Shown in pieces: positions 12,785 to 25,874 of a DNA stretch of 64,000 bases. Where the stretch lies: the NCBI GenBank assembly GCA_951406725.2, contig OX597815.1, positions 93,000,001 to 93,064,000 of the forward strand. Reading direction: 5' to 3'. The translations under genes and the position numbers were made by a program. How positions within the stretch are numbered: the stretch's first letter is position 1; each line of letters begins with the position of its first letter. The DNA comes from Octopus vulgaris. Its lineage: Eukaryota. The notes beneath the pieces are model-generated. The model did no database searches and had not been told where the DNA came from. It saw only the letters and a program-made list of their open reading frames with translations.

Positions 12785-14480
12785 TCATCATCATCGTTTA
12801 ATGTTCCTCTTCTATGCTGGCATGGGTTGGATGGTTTGATAGGAGCTGGCAAGCCTGAGGACTACGCCAAGCTCCACTGTCTGCTTTGGCATGGTTTTTT
12901 TATGGCTAGATGCCCTTCCTAATGCCAACCACTTTATAGAGTGGATTGGGTGTTTTTTACTGGCGAGGTCACCAAATAACTTGCAAGACAAAGATCCTTT
13001 GAAAGTGACTGGTGGTAATGAAGGAGGTCACACTGTGTTAAGTGATAAAGTGTTAGAGTATGACAGAGGGATAGAAACAGATATCTTGCTGTAGAGGAAA
13101 TACATAGTTCCAGTGAGAGAGAGAGAGTAAGAGAAAGAGTGAGAGATAGAGAGAGTGCAAGAGGGATGGTGGTACCAGAGCATACTCTCAAAATACAAGG
13201 ATGTGAATATAAATGAAATAGTAGAGGATTGCCCAGGGAGTAAGGAATGTAGAAAAAAGGGGAGGAGGGATGCAGTGACTGGTCAAACACAAGTATGTAG
13301 AGGGAACAAAAGAATAGCATTGATATAGTAGGTGGGGACAGATTTGGGCTGCAGGAGTGGGGAGGGAGAGATAAGCATAGTGCAAAAAGAAGAGGAGAGA
13401 AAAAGGAGAAGAGGAGATGTAGTTTGGTTTATTAAGGTAGGGTGTGCAAAAATTAATGTTAAATGTGCACACAGCACTTCCAGAATAGTTTCACTGAAGT
13501 GGACAGGTCTTTTCAAGAACCTCACATTCCCAGACTCTCAAGTCCATTGTCATCTCCTCTGTGAGATCCAACATCATGAGATTGGCCTCCACTACTTCAA
13601 CCCAGGTCTCCCTAGGTCACCCTTTTTCAAAGGTTCCATCTACTTCAAATGATTGGCATTTTTGTAAACAGCTGTTTTCATTCATAGGCATCACATGTCC
13701 AAACCAACACAGTCTTCTCTCTCATTCTGCATCTGATTCTTCTTGTGTTCAACTTTTCTCTCAGCACATTTTCACTTTGTCGTATAGGCACACTGATGTT
13801 GCACATCCATTGAAGAATATTGGCATCATTTTCTCTCAAGTCAACACATGCTGTCTGTATTCAGAGCCCATGTCTCGCTACCATGGAGCATAGCAGTTCA
13901 TACACAAGCATCATACAATCTACCTTTTGTTGCCAACAGAGGTAATAGCTCTCTGAGCTTCAACCATCCTATTCTTATTCTAACAACAATACTTTCAGAA
14001 CATCCTCTACCACTGCTAATTATGCCATCTAGGTAATAGAAACTGTATACAACCTCAAGGAAGCATTCTGGGGCATTTGAGAGAGTCTAATTCCAATGTG
14101 TCCTTAGAACTCATTGCTCCTGTGCATCTGCTGCATACAAAGACGACTTTCTCTGTTAACCTACCTGTGATTCCACTGCACCTCTTATGTATCTGTTGCT
14201 TGCACTGAGCACAACAAATGGAATTTCTTCCAACATCTTGTCTACATGCAGGACCATTTACCTCGACAAAGAATCTTATTCACTTTCTAGCTAATAACAC
14301 TAGATTAACTTGAATAACACTAATAACACTAGACTAACTTGGTCTTCACTAGATTAACTTGAAGGCCCTTTGATTCCAGGTTTTGCTTCCATACCTGGAA
14401 TTTCTTCTTCAATTCTATAACAGATTCCGTTAGAAGAGCAAGGTCATCAACATATAGTAGTTCCTACAGGATGGCTTACC
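12785..14480 (-). mobile_element. Older RTE LINE 3' portion, interrupted by GA-rich sequence at about 13100-13500
   Basis: 13520-14480 aligns by eye to 37680-38530 (degenerate LYADDL, KVWKQ..ESKGL). The (CAT)n-tailed 3' UTR is at 12785-12960. Confidence 0.7.
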
Positions 14481-14624
14481 TGTCTTAAACTTCAAAGTCA
14501 TTGTTAAAGAATAATTTATGAATATATTATACTTTTACAACAGAATTTTCATCTGGCTAGCCATCATCATAGTAAGTAGAGTTTATTTTGGTTTTATCTC
14601 TGATGTTTTGATTTCCTAAAAAAA

Positions 14625-14881
14625 ATAAATGTGCCCTTTTAAAGCCCAGCCAAGCTCATGGGCTCGGTTTCCTGGTTTCAATGGCGTATGTGTTCCCCAG
14701 CTGGACGGGACGCCAGTCCATCGCAGCGTTACTCATTTTTGCCAGCTGAGTGGACAGGAGCAACGTGAAATGAAGTGTTTTGCTCAAGAACACAAGAACA
14801 CAATGTATCGCCTGGTCCAGGAATCGAAACCACAAACTTACAATCATCATGCTGACACCCTAACCACTAAGTCACACACCT
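14625..14881 (-). mobile_element. tRNA-derived SINE (family C)
   Basis: Minus-strand head TGACTTAGTGGTTAGGGTG...GGTTTCGATTCC, followed by TGTGTTCTTGAGCAAAACACTTCATTTCAC. Confidence 0.75.
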
Positions 14882-15641
14882 ATGTAAAATGATAATTAGG
14901 CTTGGTATATGTACTCTGGAAAGTAAATTTGGATAGAAGAGAGAGGGAGAAGAGCATGTTTATAAGGTGAGTGGTAGAGAAAAAGATAAAGAAAGATAAT
15001 ATTGTTTGAAATGTGAGTTGTTTTATTGTTCTGAGTTCATTCAGGTATAGAACCTGATCAGATGTACCTAGTATAGGAGTGCCATTAAAATGGTTTATCC
15101 AATGATCACACACACACAGACACATGCACTCATGCGTGCACACACACACACAGACACATGCACTCATGCGTGCATACACACACACACATGTACACTGACT
15201 ACTGTTACACAATCTTTGAGGTTACAGACAGCTAACTTCCTTTTGAATAATGTGTATGTTTATGTGTGACTGTGCCGTTTTCACATGAAAGATTATGAAA
15301 CCAATTAGAAATAATGTAGTAATAAAATATATTAGTTATGCACTGTTGTTACTTTAACTGGTTTTGTAACTTTCTTATAATAATTCTGTTTGTCATTGCA
15401 TTACTTAGCCCCTGTTGGTAATGTTTTTATGTGACTAAAGAAAAAGGAAGGAGAAAAAGTAGGAGAGAGAAGCATCCATGTGAGGTAGAGAGAATGTAAT
15501 TGAAAGGAAAGAGAGGAGGAAGAAAAAGGAAAGAGAAAAAGAGGATAAGGTGAAGAGAGAGACAGAAAATGGGAGAAAAAGTGAGAGAGAGAGAAGTGGC
15601 CATGATGTGAAGTAAGGGTAACGTAATATTTATTATGTGGT

Positions 15642-15824
15642 CGACTTTGCCGAGGTCGACTTTGCCAAGGTCGACTTTGCTGAGGTCGGCTTTGCCTTTC
15701 ATCCTTTCGGGGTTGATAAATTAAGTACCAGTTACGCACTGGGATCGATGTAATCGACTTAATCCGTTTGTCTGTCCTTGTTTGACCCCTCTGTGTTTAG
15801 CCCCTTGTGGGTAGTAAAGAAATA
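15642..15824 (+). mobile_element. 5'-truncated family B SINE with 17-bp TSD
   Basis: AATATTTATTATGTGGT occurs at 15625-15641 and 15825-15841. The 5' end has four tandem 15-mers of GGTCGACTTTGCCGA type. Confidence 0.85.
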
Positions 15825-16152
15825 AATATTTATTATGTGGTTAAAAATGTTAGTTGAAGGTAGGAGAAGAGTTAAAAATATAATTTTAGCAAAGGAGTGA
15901 TATTCTGATAGTGAGGTTACAGAAAGGTGGAGAGAGATAAGAGGAGGAGAGGGAGGAAGGAGGAGGGAGAGAGAGATGATGGTGGTAGTGGTGGTGACTG
16001 AATAGTGAAAAGTGTATCTTTTTTAACTGAATTAAGTTTTTTTTTATATCACCTCTCACATAACTGCGGAATATTCATGCAAATTTATGCAATTTAAAGG
16101 TTGTATCATATGTATGGGATATTTTATTTTATGGGGAAAAAATAAGAGTGAA

Positions 16153-16587
16153 TCTATATATATATAAAACTGAGAATGTGTGTGTGTGTCTGTCTGTCTG
16201 TGTGGATATCTAAAACTTGAGAACTATACAACCAATTTCATTAAAATTTTACACATGCCTTACACAGGGTCCATGTAGTGTCATGGGCAAAAAATTTTTT
16301 TAACTTCTTGCCGTGCATCAGCATGGCCGCAGCTCTGAGCTGAAACTAAAAAATGAAAAGAAAAAAAAAAAAAAGGGCGAGTCCACAGCAATATCATATC
16401 TTCTCCACTATTTCAGTATTACATGTTAAAAGTGAAACAAAAACATCTCTCTATTGTACTGTCACATGCTTTCACTTTAATACTGAAACTAATAAAGTGA
16501 AACTATTATATAAGAGGGATGAACCATCAACAGTGGACATCTATTTTGCTAGAAGATCCGCTATGGTCTTATATGCTACACCACTGG
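16153..16587 (+). mobile_element. Possible non-autonomous Helitron
   Basis: A|TCTATATATATATAAAA 5' end, internal (TG)/(TCTG) tract, and CTGG|T 3' end. The subterminal hairpin is not clear. Confidence 0.45.
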
Positions 16588-16654
16588 TTTTCAATTCATA
16601 TTAATCAAATTAATATTCAATTTTTCAACCTTATTATTTTAAATTTAAATTTAC

Positions 16655-16691
<37 letters not shown>

Positions 16692-16694
<3 letters not shown>

Positions 16695-16862
16695 ATGTAG
16701 AAAGCACAAAAAAACACAACGTGAGGACGTGGAACAAACATAGTATTATTGGACGCTCAGGAAAGAAGGAGGGATTAACGTTTCGAGCGGAGCTCTTCGT
16801 CGGAAACATAGGAGAAGGGAAGACACAGGAAAAAAAATTGCCAACGGTACACACGAGGTCAC
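16692..16862 (-). mobile_element. Short Penelope-like terminal fragment in (TA)n with variant hammerhead motif
   Basis: The minus strand reads CCGACGA-A-GAGC(TCC)GCTC-GAAAC-GTTA at about 16776-16803. Flanked by TA repeats. Confidence 0.5.
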
Positions 16863-17061
16863 ATATATAGATGTATATGTATACACGTATATGTTTAGCT
16901 GTATATATATACATGTATATGTATAGCTATATATATATATACATGTATATGTATAGCTGTATATATATATATATATACATGTATATGTATAGCTGTATAT
17001 ATATATATATATACATGTATATTTACAGATATATTTTGATAGATATAGATGTATGTGTAGA

Positions 17062-17107
<46 letters not shown>

Positions 17108-17789
17108 TATATACATGCATACATATATACACCCATACACACACACACACACATGTGCAGGTGTGGCTGTGTGGTAACTTGGCATGTCTTCTGCTATAGC
17201 CTCAGACCAACCAAAGCCTTGTCAGTAGATTTTGGAGACAGAAACTGAAAGAAATCAATTGTATATATATGTATGTATATATTTAAGTCTATGTGTGTGT
17301 CTTTGTGTTTCTCCCTCATCACTGCTTCACGACTGGTGTTCGTTTATTTACATCCCTATAACTTACTGGTTTCACAAGAAGAAAATGATAGAATAAGTAC
17401 CAGGCTTATCAAAATAAAAAAAGCACTAGGCAGTGCCTCATATTTTTGTTTGCCCACTCAGTTGTATCTATCAATTTATCTTTGTGTATATATATATATA
17501 TATATGGATTTCGTAGACAGGAACTGAAACAAATCATTCGTATATATATGTATATATGCAAGTGTATGTGTGTCTCTTTGTCTCTGTGTTTCGCCCTCAT
17601 CACTGCTTCAAAACTGCTGTTCATTTATTTACATCTCCATAAATTACTGGTTTCACAAGAACAAACTAATAGAATAAGTACCAGGCTTATCAACATAAAA
17701 AAGCACTAGGCTGTGTCTCATATTTATGTTTGCCCACTCAGTTGTATCTATCAATTTATCTTTGTATGTGTGTGTGTGTGTATGCTGTG

Positions 17790-18624
17790 CGTGAGAAGAC
17801 CTGGCAAGACTAGTGAGACCATAACCCGTGGCCTCTACCTGGTATGTAGCCAGTCGACTTATACATACATCTGAACGGATGGTGCTATGTGCCACCGGCA
17901 CGAGGGCCAGGCGAAGCTGGCAACGGCCACGAATGGATGGTGCTTTTTACGTGCCACCGGCATGGAGGCCAGTCGGGGCAGTGCTGGCAATGGCCACGGT
18001 CGGATGGTTCGCTTACTTGTCACCGGCACTGGTATCACAGCTGCAATTTCCATTGATGTTGATCGACTTCGATTTTGGTTCTGCTTTCTGATATCTGATT
18101 TGATTTGGTTTGATTTTGATTTTGATTTTCACTTGCCTCAACGGGTCTTCGCAAGTGGAGTTCTGTGTCCCAAGAAGGAAAGGTATGTTGCTAGTGGAGC
18201 ACTAAGAGTACCACATGAGTGAGATCATTGCCAGAGCAACAAGCTGGCCTTCGTGCCAATGGCACATTAAACACACCATTTGAGCATGATCATTACCACA
18301 TCGCCTTACTAGCACTTGTGCTGGTGGCACATGAAACATTTGAGCGAGGTTGTTGCCAGTGCCACTGGACTGGCTCCTGTGCAGGTGGCACATAAAAAGC
18401 ACTATTTGGGCGTGGCCGTTGCCAGTACCACCAAACTGGCCCCTGTGCTGGTGGCACATAAAAGCACACACTACACTCTAGGAACGATTGGCATTAGGAA
18501 GGGCATCCAGCTGTAGAAACTCTGCCAGATCAGATTAGAGTCTGGTTCGCCAGACCTCAGTCAAATCGTCCAACCCATGCTAGCATGGAAAGCAGACGTT
18601 AAATGATGATGATGATGATGATGA
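17790..18624 (+). mobile_element. RTE-related 3' UTR element with internal ~60-bp tandem units and (GAT)n tail
   Basis: Ends CCAACCCATGCTAGCATGGAAAGCAGACGTTAAATGATGATGAT, the same tail as the RTE at 37155. More than 12 short copies of this tail occur in the window (e.g. 3052, 3889, 4353, 10526, 11122, 21030, 22576, 25442, 56885, 60805). Confidence 0.75.
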
Positions 18625-18636
18625 TATATATATATA

Positions 18637-19000
18637 CTAGTAGAGATACCTGGCGTTGCCTGTGTTACATGCAATTGAAGAATTAGACTTTTCTGTTATA
18701 TTTTCTGTAATGAACTGGAATATCTGTTTCGAATTTCATCAAAATTGCAGATGAGGGTTATTTCCCTCTTTACACACCCTAAAAAAATTGTAATCGTGCC
18801 ACATGTATCCCATAATACTGATTTTTATGCACATATTCCAAAATTCCAGTCTTATTGAACCTGTTAAAAAGATTTTGCTTCTGAAAAATGACGGTCATGA
18901 AGCTCTAAAATGTGAGAGTTAAGGCCCCTGATGGGGGTGGGGATCTTAATGTCAACCAGAGAAGTTGAATTGTTGAGAATCTTTTTAACTTGGGTCTTAT
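18637..19000 (-). mobile_element. Helitron 3' end fragment (5' boundary uncertain)
   Basis: The minus strand ends CAGGCAACGCCAGGTATCTCTA-CTAG|T, typical of a Helitron subterminal hairpin remnant plus CTAG. Confidence 0.5.
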
Positions 19001-19546
19001 ATCTATTGTTTGAATTTCTTTGAAATAGGAAATATATGTTCACTGGGTTTGTAAAAGAGAGCAAAGCTACAGGAAACCAAAAGACGAATGATCACAATAA
19101 GGTGTTATCCTTGTCCTTTATCTGAGTAAGTCACAATAAAAAAACAAAACAAAAACAAAATGCATAGATGTGTGGTTAAGAAACTCATAGTTTCAACTTC
19201 AGTTCCACTGTGTGATGGCTTGGGCAAATGTCTTCTACTACAGTGCCAAGCAAACCAATGCCTTATGAGATATTTAGTAGATAGAAACTGTGGAAGTTCA
19301 TTGTATGTGTGTGTCCCCGTGTTTTCCCACCCACTACCACATGGCAACTGTGTTGGTTTGTTTATGTCCCTGTAACTTAACAGTTCAGCAAAAGGGGCCA
19401 ATAGAATATATATCAAACTAAAAAAAAAGAAGAAAAGGACTGCAGCTGATTTGTTTGACTAACTCCTTCAAGATGGTGCCACAGCAAGGCTGCAGTCAAA
19501 TAACTGAAACAAATAAAAGATAAAAAAGGAAAATCCAGAAACAAAC

Positions 19547-19685
19547 CTTAATGTCCAAATGAGCAATCCGACAGTTGTGCAAATACTGAATGGCATCCAG
19601 TATTTGTTGGACATACTCAGCAGCTTGTAGTTCATCGAAATGTCCTCGGATACAGATAAATTCAAACAAACGACCAGAAGGAATG
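19547..19685 (-). CDS. Trio/Kalirin-like exon, kinase subdomains V-VIb
   Basis: IPSGRLFEFICIRGHFDELQAAEYVQQILDAIQYLHNCRIAHLDIK. GGCAG acceptor, GTTTGT donor, phase 2 to 0. This frame is not in the ORF track. Confidence 0.95.
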
Positions 19686-20211
19686 CTGCCAACAAAAGAG
19701 AAGGCAATAGTCTTGAGTGAGAATGAAATGTTATAATTACTTTACAAGCATATATATGTTGGTGTGTGTGTGTACACAAACAAAATTGAACAGAAGTACA
19801 AGAGAACAGAGAGTTTACACACAAGACATGGACACACTCATTCCTTGTCAGTTATCGTCCAAAAATCACTACAGTTTCATGCCTTTTACGATAATATTGT
19901 TCATTTTGGTGGTGTCAACAGCAAAAAGCTGCTAGGAATAATGAGTGAATGTAGTAGATAGCAATGAAAATAAACAAGACACAAGTAGTTGGTATGAATA
20001 TAATATACAAACAAAACAATGGCCATACATATCTCTGAGACAGCATTATGACAAGATGTGTATGTATGCATGCATGTATATATATATATACAAAAGAGTG
20101 AAAGGGGTACAATGAACTTGCTGTGAGGAGTGCAACTGATAATGGATGTTGCAGCCAGTTTTTCAAGATGAGAGGATGTAAACTCATTTTGACTTTCTTC
20201 TCTTTTTCTCT

Positions 20212-20248
20212 ACCCCCTGATGAAGGATTGAATCCGAAACATTGGATA
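20212..20248 (+). ncRNA. Minimal Penelope-type hammerhead-like motif
   Basis: CC-CTGATGA-A-GGAT(TGA)ATCC-GAAAC-ATT-GG. The core and stem II are present; stem III is absent or mutated. Confidence 0.5.
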
Positions 20249-20375
20249 TTCCACTCGTCACGGCCCAAGTTCACTGAACCCCTTTCACTTTTTTCTATAT
20301 TTTTTTGAAGTCTCACTGATGCAGAGCTACTAGATTATTGCATGTATACACATACATACATGTATATATATATAT

Positions 20376-20686
20376 CACCATGATCACCGTAACCAACAAG
20401 GCTATCAGATGTTGCTACACATCGCTGGTCACAATGTGCTTTGCATTGTTTTAGCCTTCAAATGGCGTCACCTCGCTGGCTAAGCGAGAAGGCCAACAGA
20501 AGAAAGAGTGAGAGGAAGTTGTGACGAAAGAGTACAGCAGGCATCGCCACCCCCCACCCCCTGCTGGAGCCTCGTGGAGCTTTAGGTGCTTTCACTCAAT
20601 AAACACTCACAACACCCAGTCTGGGGATCGAAACCGCGATCCTACAACCACGAGTCCGCTGCCCTAACCACTGGGCCATTGCGCCT
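20376..20686 (-). mobile_element. tRNA-derived SINE (family D)
   Basis: Minus-strand head AGGCGCAATGGCCCAGTGGTTAGGGCAGCGGACTCG...GGTTTCGATCCC with clear A and B boxes, then a ~240-bp unrelated body. Confidence 0.75.
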
Positions 20687-20688
20687 AC

Positions 20689-22174
<1,486 letters not shown>

Positions 22175-22336
22175 TGCGAAACAATCGTAAGATGCATTAA
22201 TTACCAAACTTTTCAACTCTCATATTTTCATATATTTACATATATTTTTAATACAATACTATTTCAAACACATATATTTTCGTGAGGAATTTTTTGAGAT
22301 TAAATTTCATGCTATTATTTCAAAATACACTATATG

Positions 22337-22375
<39 letters not shown>

Positions 22376-23272
22376 GTAAAAAAAGGAAATGAAGAAAATG
22401 CTGACAAAATAATTTAAGTAAGGGAGAGTGTATTTAATTAGGTGAAAGTTCTTTTTACCGGTTGCGCATTTGTTATGCTTATCAAAAGATATTTTGAGTG
22501 AGATAGAGCTCCTTTCTGATTGATTATATTTACACGTGTGTGTATCTATATCTATATATATATATATATATCTTATCATCATTTAATGTCTGTTTTCCAT
22601 GCTGGCATGGGTTGGACGGTTTGACCAGGGCTGACAAGCTGAGTGGCTGCACCAGACTTTAGTCTGATTTGGCATGGTTTCTATGGCTGGATGCTCTTCC
22701 TAACGCCAACCACTCCGAGAGTGTAACAGATACTTTTACGTGCCACCGGCACGAGGGCCAGTCAGGCAGTACTGTGTTCTTTGCCTGTGAGGAACCTAGT
22801 GGAACCTCCTCTCCACCTTACTTCTTGGAGGCAGCACATCTCCGTTCAAGCATAATGAAAATAACTAATAAGGGGTTTATGATCTGCGCAGAAATAGAGG
22901 AGTAGATGAACGAGGTTGAAAAGACAACACTTTTTATCTGAGCATCATTGTTGTACATCCAAGCTGGCTTGTTACAATCAAAGTCAGTGCTTATGCAGAA
23001 TTATTGTCCTCCAAGACAGGTTGGAGGTTTTTGTTTTGCTTATATGTTTCAATTTCAGCTTGCTTCTAAGGCTGGATGCCCTTTCTATCACCAACTACTG
23101 CACAGAATGTACTGGGTGCATTTTATCATGGTACTAGCACTAAAGATGCTGTCATGTCCTTGACAAAATTAGTGGAGCCCCTCAATCTCATGTCATCTTT
23201 ATTCATTTGCCATCCATCTACTTTTCAAAATTCACTAGCTTATTTTATGCATCCACATAAAAAAAGAATGCC

Positions 23273-23501
23273 TTAACCCTTTTGTTACCATATTTCTGTT
23301 GAGATACTCTGTGTTTCTTTCAATTAATTTTAAATATAACAAAGAATTTAGTAAAACAACTTAGTTATCATTAAGCTAGTGTTAGGAACATAAATTGCGA
23401 CTAAGGTTTGGTGGAAGATTATAATTCAGAACTTTTGAAAACAAGACATTTGTACTACAGAGCCAGACATGTTTCAGCCAGATTGGTATCAAAAGAGTTA
23501 A
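23273..23501. mobile_element. TTAA-flanked (piggyBac-like) MITE, family 1
   Basis: TTAA-CCCTTTTGTTACCA ... TGGTATCAAAAGAG-TTAA. A diverged relative is at 217-448. Confidence 0.8.
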
Positions 23502-24182
23502 ACATAGTTTAGCAGAGACACAAAAACACACACACACACACACACTCTTTCCACTGCAAACAAACACATATATATCATTACATACTTACATTGTTACGAT
23601 GTTCTCTTTATGAACTACATTTTTCAATGAAATAATCTTTAAACATGTGTATCTCTATTCTCCCCCTTCACTCTAATTATGGGCTAATAGTATATCGTTT
23701 TTTTCTTTATAACCAAAATGATAATGAAATGATAATACTGAAAGAAGCCCATCTAACAACTAGTTGATTCATACAAATTTATCAATGTAAATTATTCTTT
23801 TATCTCAAAATACAACAGAGATATGGCTTCCAAGTCACAGTGGCTATAACATATATAGGATAGCAGCTATTCTGAATTAAAGTTGTCCTGATAGACAATC
23901 TCTCTAGAAACAGCAGCACAATAAATGCACCAAGTTTACTCTGATAATGGGTGATGGGAGGAAGGATAATTAGTACTAATGTCTCTGCTATTTAATCATA
24001 CAGAACATCAGATGACTGGTGACATACTGCATATTGTATGGCAGATGTACCCAGTGCATAACAATAAAATGATGTTATTGTGTTGTTGTTGTCGATGGTA
24101 ATGATAATGATGACTTCTGGGGGAAAACAATTGAAAAATTCATTGAAAGGCGAATAAGAGCTGAAATAACAAATAGACTTAC

Positions 24183-24383
24183 ATCTCCATTAGCAAGATA
24201 TAATTTGTTTTTGTCTCATATAAATCGAACACTTTAACTAAATGCGTGTGAAAAAGACTTTGTAATGTATTAAACTCTGTTTCAATAGCTTCCTTGGATA
24301 AGTGCTTGCGGTTGATACATTTGGCAGCCAGCTCCTGTCCTGAGCATTTCTGGACACATCTTTTGACTACAGCAAATCGACCT
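24183..24383 (-). CDS. Trio/Kalirin-like exon, kinase subdomains I-V
   Basis: GRFAVVKRCVQKCSGQELAAKCINRK...TEFNTLQSLFHTHLVKVFDLYET has the Gly loop and catalytic Lys. TTTCAG acceptor, GTAAGT donor. Confidence 0.96.
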
Positions 24384-25789
24384 CTGAAATTAGGAGATAA
24401 GGAACAATAAGTTGAAGTAAACATATTTTAAACTAGAAAATAATTTTAAAAATCATGAAAAGATGAAATAAATAAACTAATAGAACAACCAACTTTAGAA
24501 TTTAATCCTGAAATGTGCTTTTTGTATAATATATTGGGGAGAGAATAATGTTATTTTTCAATATAGGTAAGAGTAGCTCTGGCCTGATACATCTTGGAAT
24601 TTTGACAATTTATCATACTAACATCTCTTACAAACAAGTGAACAAAAATTTAAAGTAGTTCTAACAGTGTATTTTCCCTTATTAACTTATCTTTTAAGTT
24701 TCATATTGCATATCAAATGAGTTACATTCAAGATCTTACTCTCTACCATCCCATTCATTACCATCACATCCAATGTTTCACACATCTGATATGCATATCA
24801 TACAGTTCATCTGTTACAAGAATAGTTTGTAGCTTCAGGCCTATCAAGTTATAGACTTTATGGTATCTACTACTTTAGCATCAAATACAAATAAAAATCT
24901 TCATCATCATCATCATTGTTCGACCATGGTCGAGACAATGGAATTTACTATGTTACTATCTTCAAGGGAATCTGTTGTAACCTAACACAATCAGAAAATT
25001 ATCTGATCAAACCATTGTATTTTATCTTTGACTACATCCACCACTGATTACACTTCACCTTCTGAGTCTAGCTGAAGCATATAATTTAGTATTTCAAACT
25101 TTCCCTAACAGGCACTAGAATGAATAAGGGGTTAGTCTGGAGTATTTACACAACAGCAACAGCAGAATTGAAAAAAAAAAAAAGCTCAATAAAGTTCATT
25201 GGTAAGATTTCTCTCAACATTAAGGTTGTGAGCTGACATAATAGTTACTGTGCTGGAATAAATGCTAAGTGGCATTTCTTCTGTTCTGACATTCTAAGTT
25301 CAAATGCCATGGGGTCCACTCTACCTTGCATCTTTTTGGAGTCGACAAAAACACTGTGGTCAATGTAATCAATTCATCTCTTTCCCCCAAATTGCTGGCC
25401 TGGTGCCAAAATTTGAAACCAATATTTCTCTCAACATTAAATCATCATCATCGTTTAACATCCGTTCTCCATGCTAGCATGGGTTGGACGGTGATATCTC
25501 ACTAAATACACTGTATTCCATCCTACACAAATGAGATTAGCAGAGTGTCATGTTTGAAGTGGTAACCCTCAGTAAACTATATTAATCCTAATCTACACAT
25601 GGTATCTATCACTGTGTATATCTTTGGTGGTAATTTACAATAAACTATATCAATAGCAACTGACACACAATGATATCAGGTACTGTGATTCAACTGGAGT
25701 GGTAACACACACTAAACTACATCATTTTCAACCTTCACACAAGATACCTGTCATTGTGTATTGTTCTACTGTTTGATATCAATACCAAC

Positions 25790-25874
25790 CTGCCAAGTTC
25801 CTCAAGTTCATTGTAATCATAATGAAATGTTGCTTTCCAAATGGCACCAACCATTTCTTCACGCCCGCTTAATT
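25790..25874 (-). CDS. Trio/Kalirin-like exon, start of kinase domain
   Basis: ELSGREEMVGAIWKATFHYDYNELEELGR compares with Trio WKDNFDSFYSEVAELGR. TTGTAG acceptor, GTTGGT donor, phase 1 to 2. Confidence 0.92.

Noticed and set aside
18200-18480. Repeat-spacer-like array resembling CRISPR
   Set aside because: The units are degenerate, the linkers are homologous to each other, the array lies in a retroelement 3' UTR in eukaryotic DNA, and there are no cas genes.
20610-20686. tRNA gene
   Set aside because: A and B boxes are present, but the acceptor stem is incomplete and the sequence continues into a SINE body, so it is a tRNA-derived SINE head.
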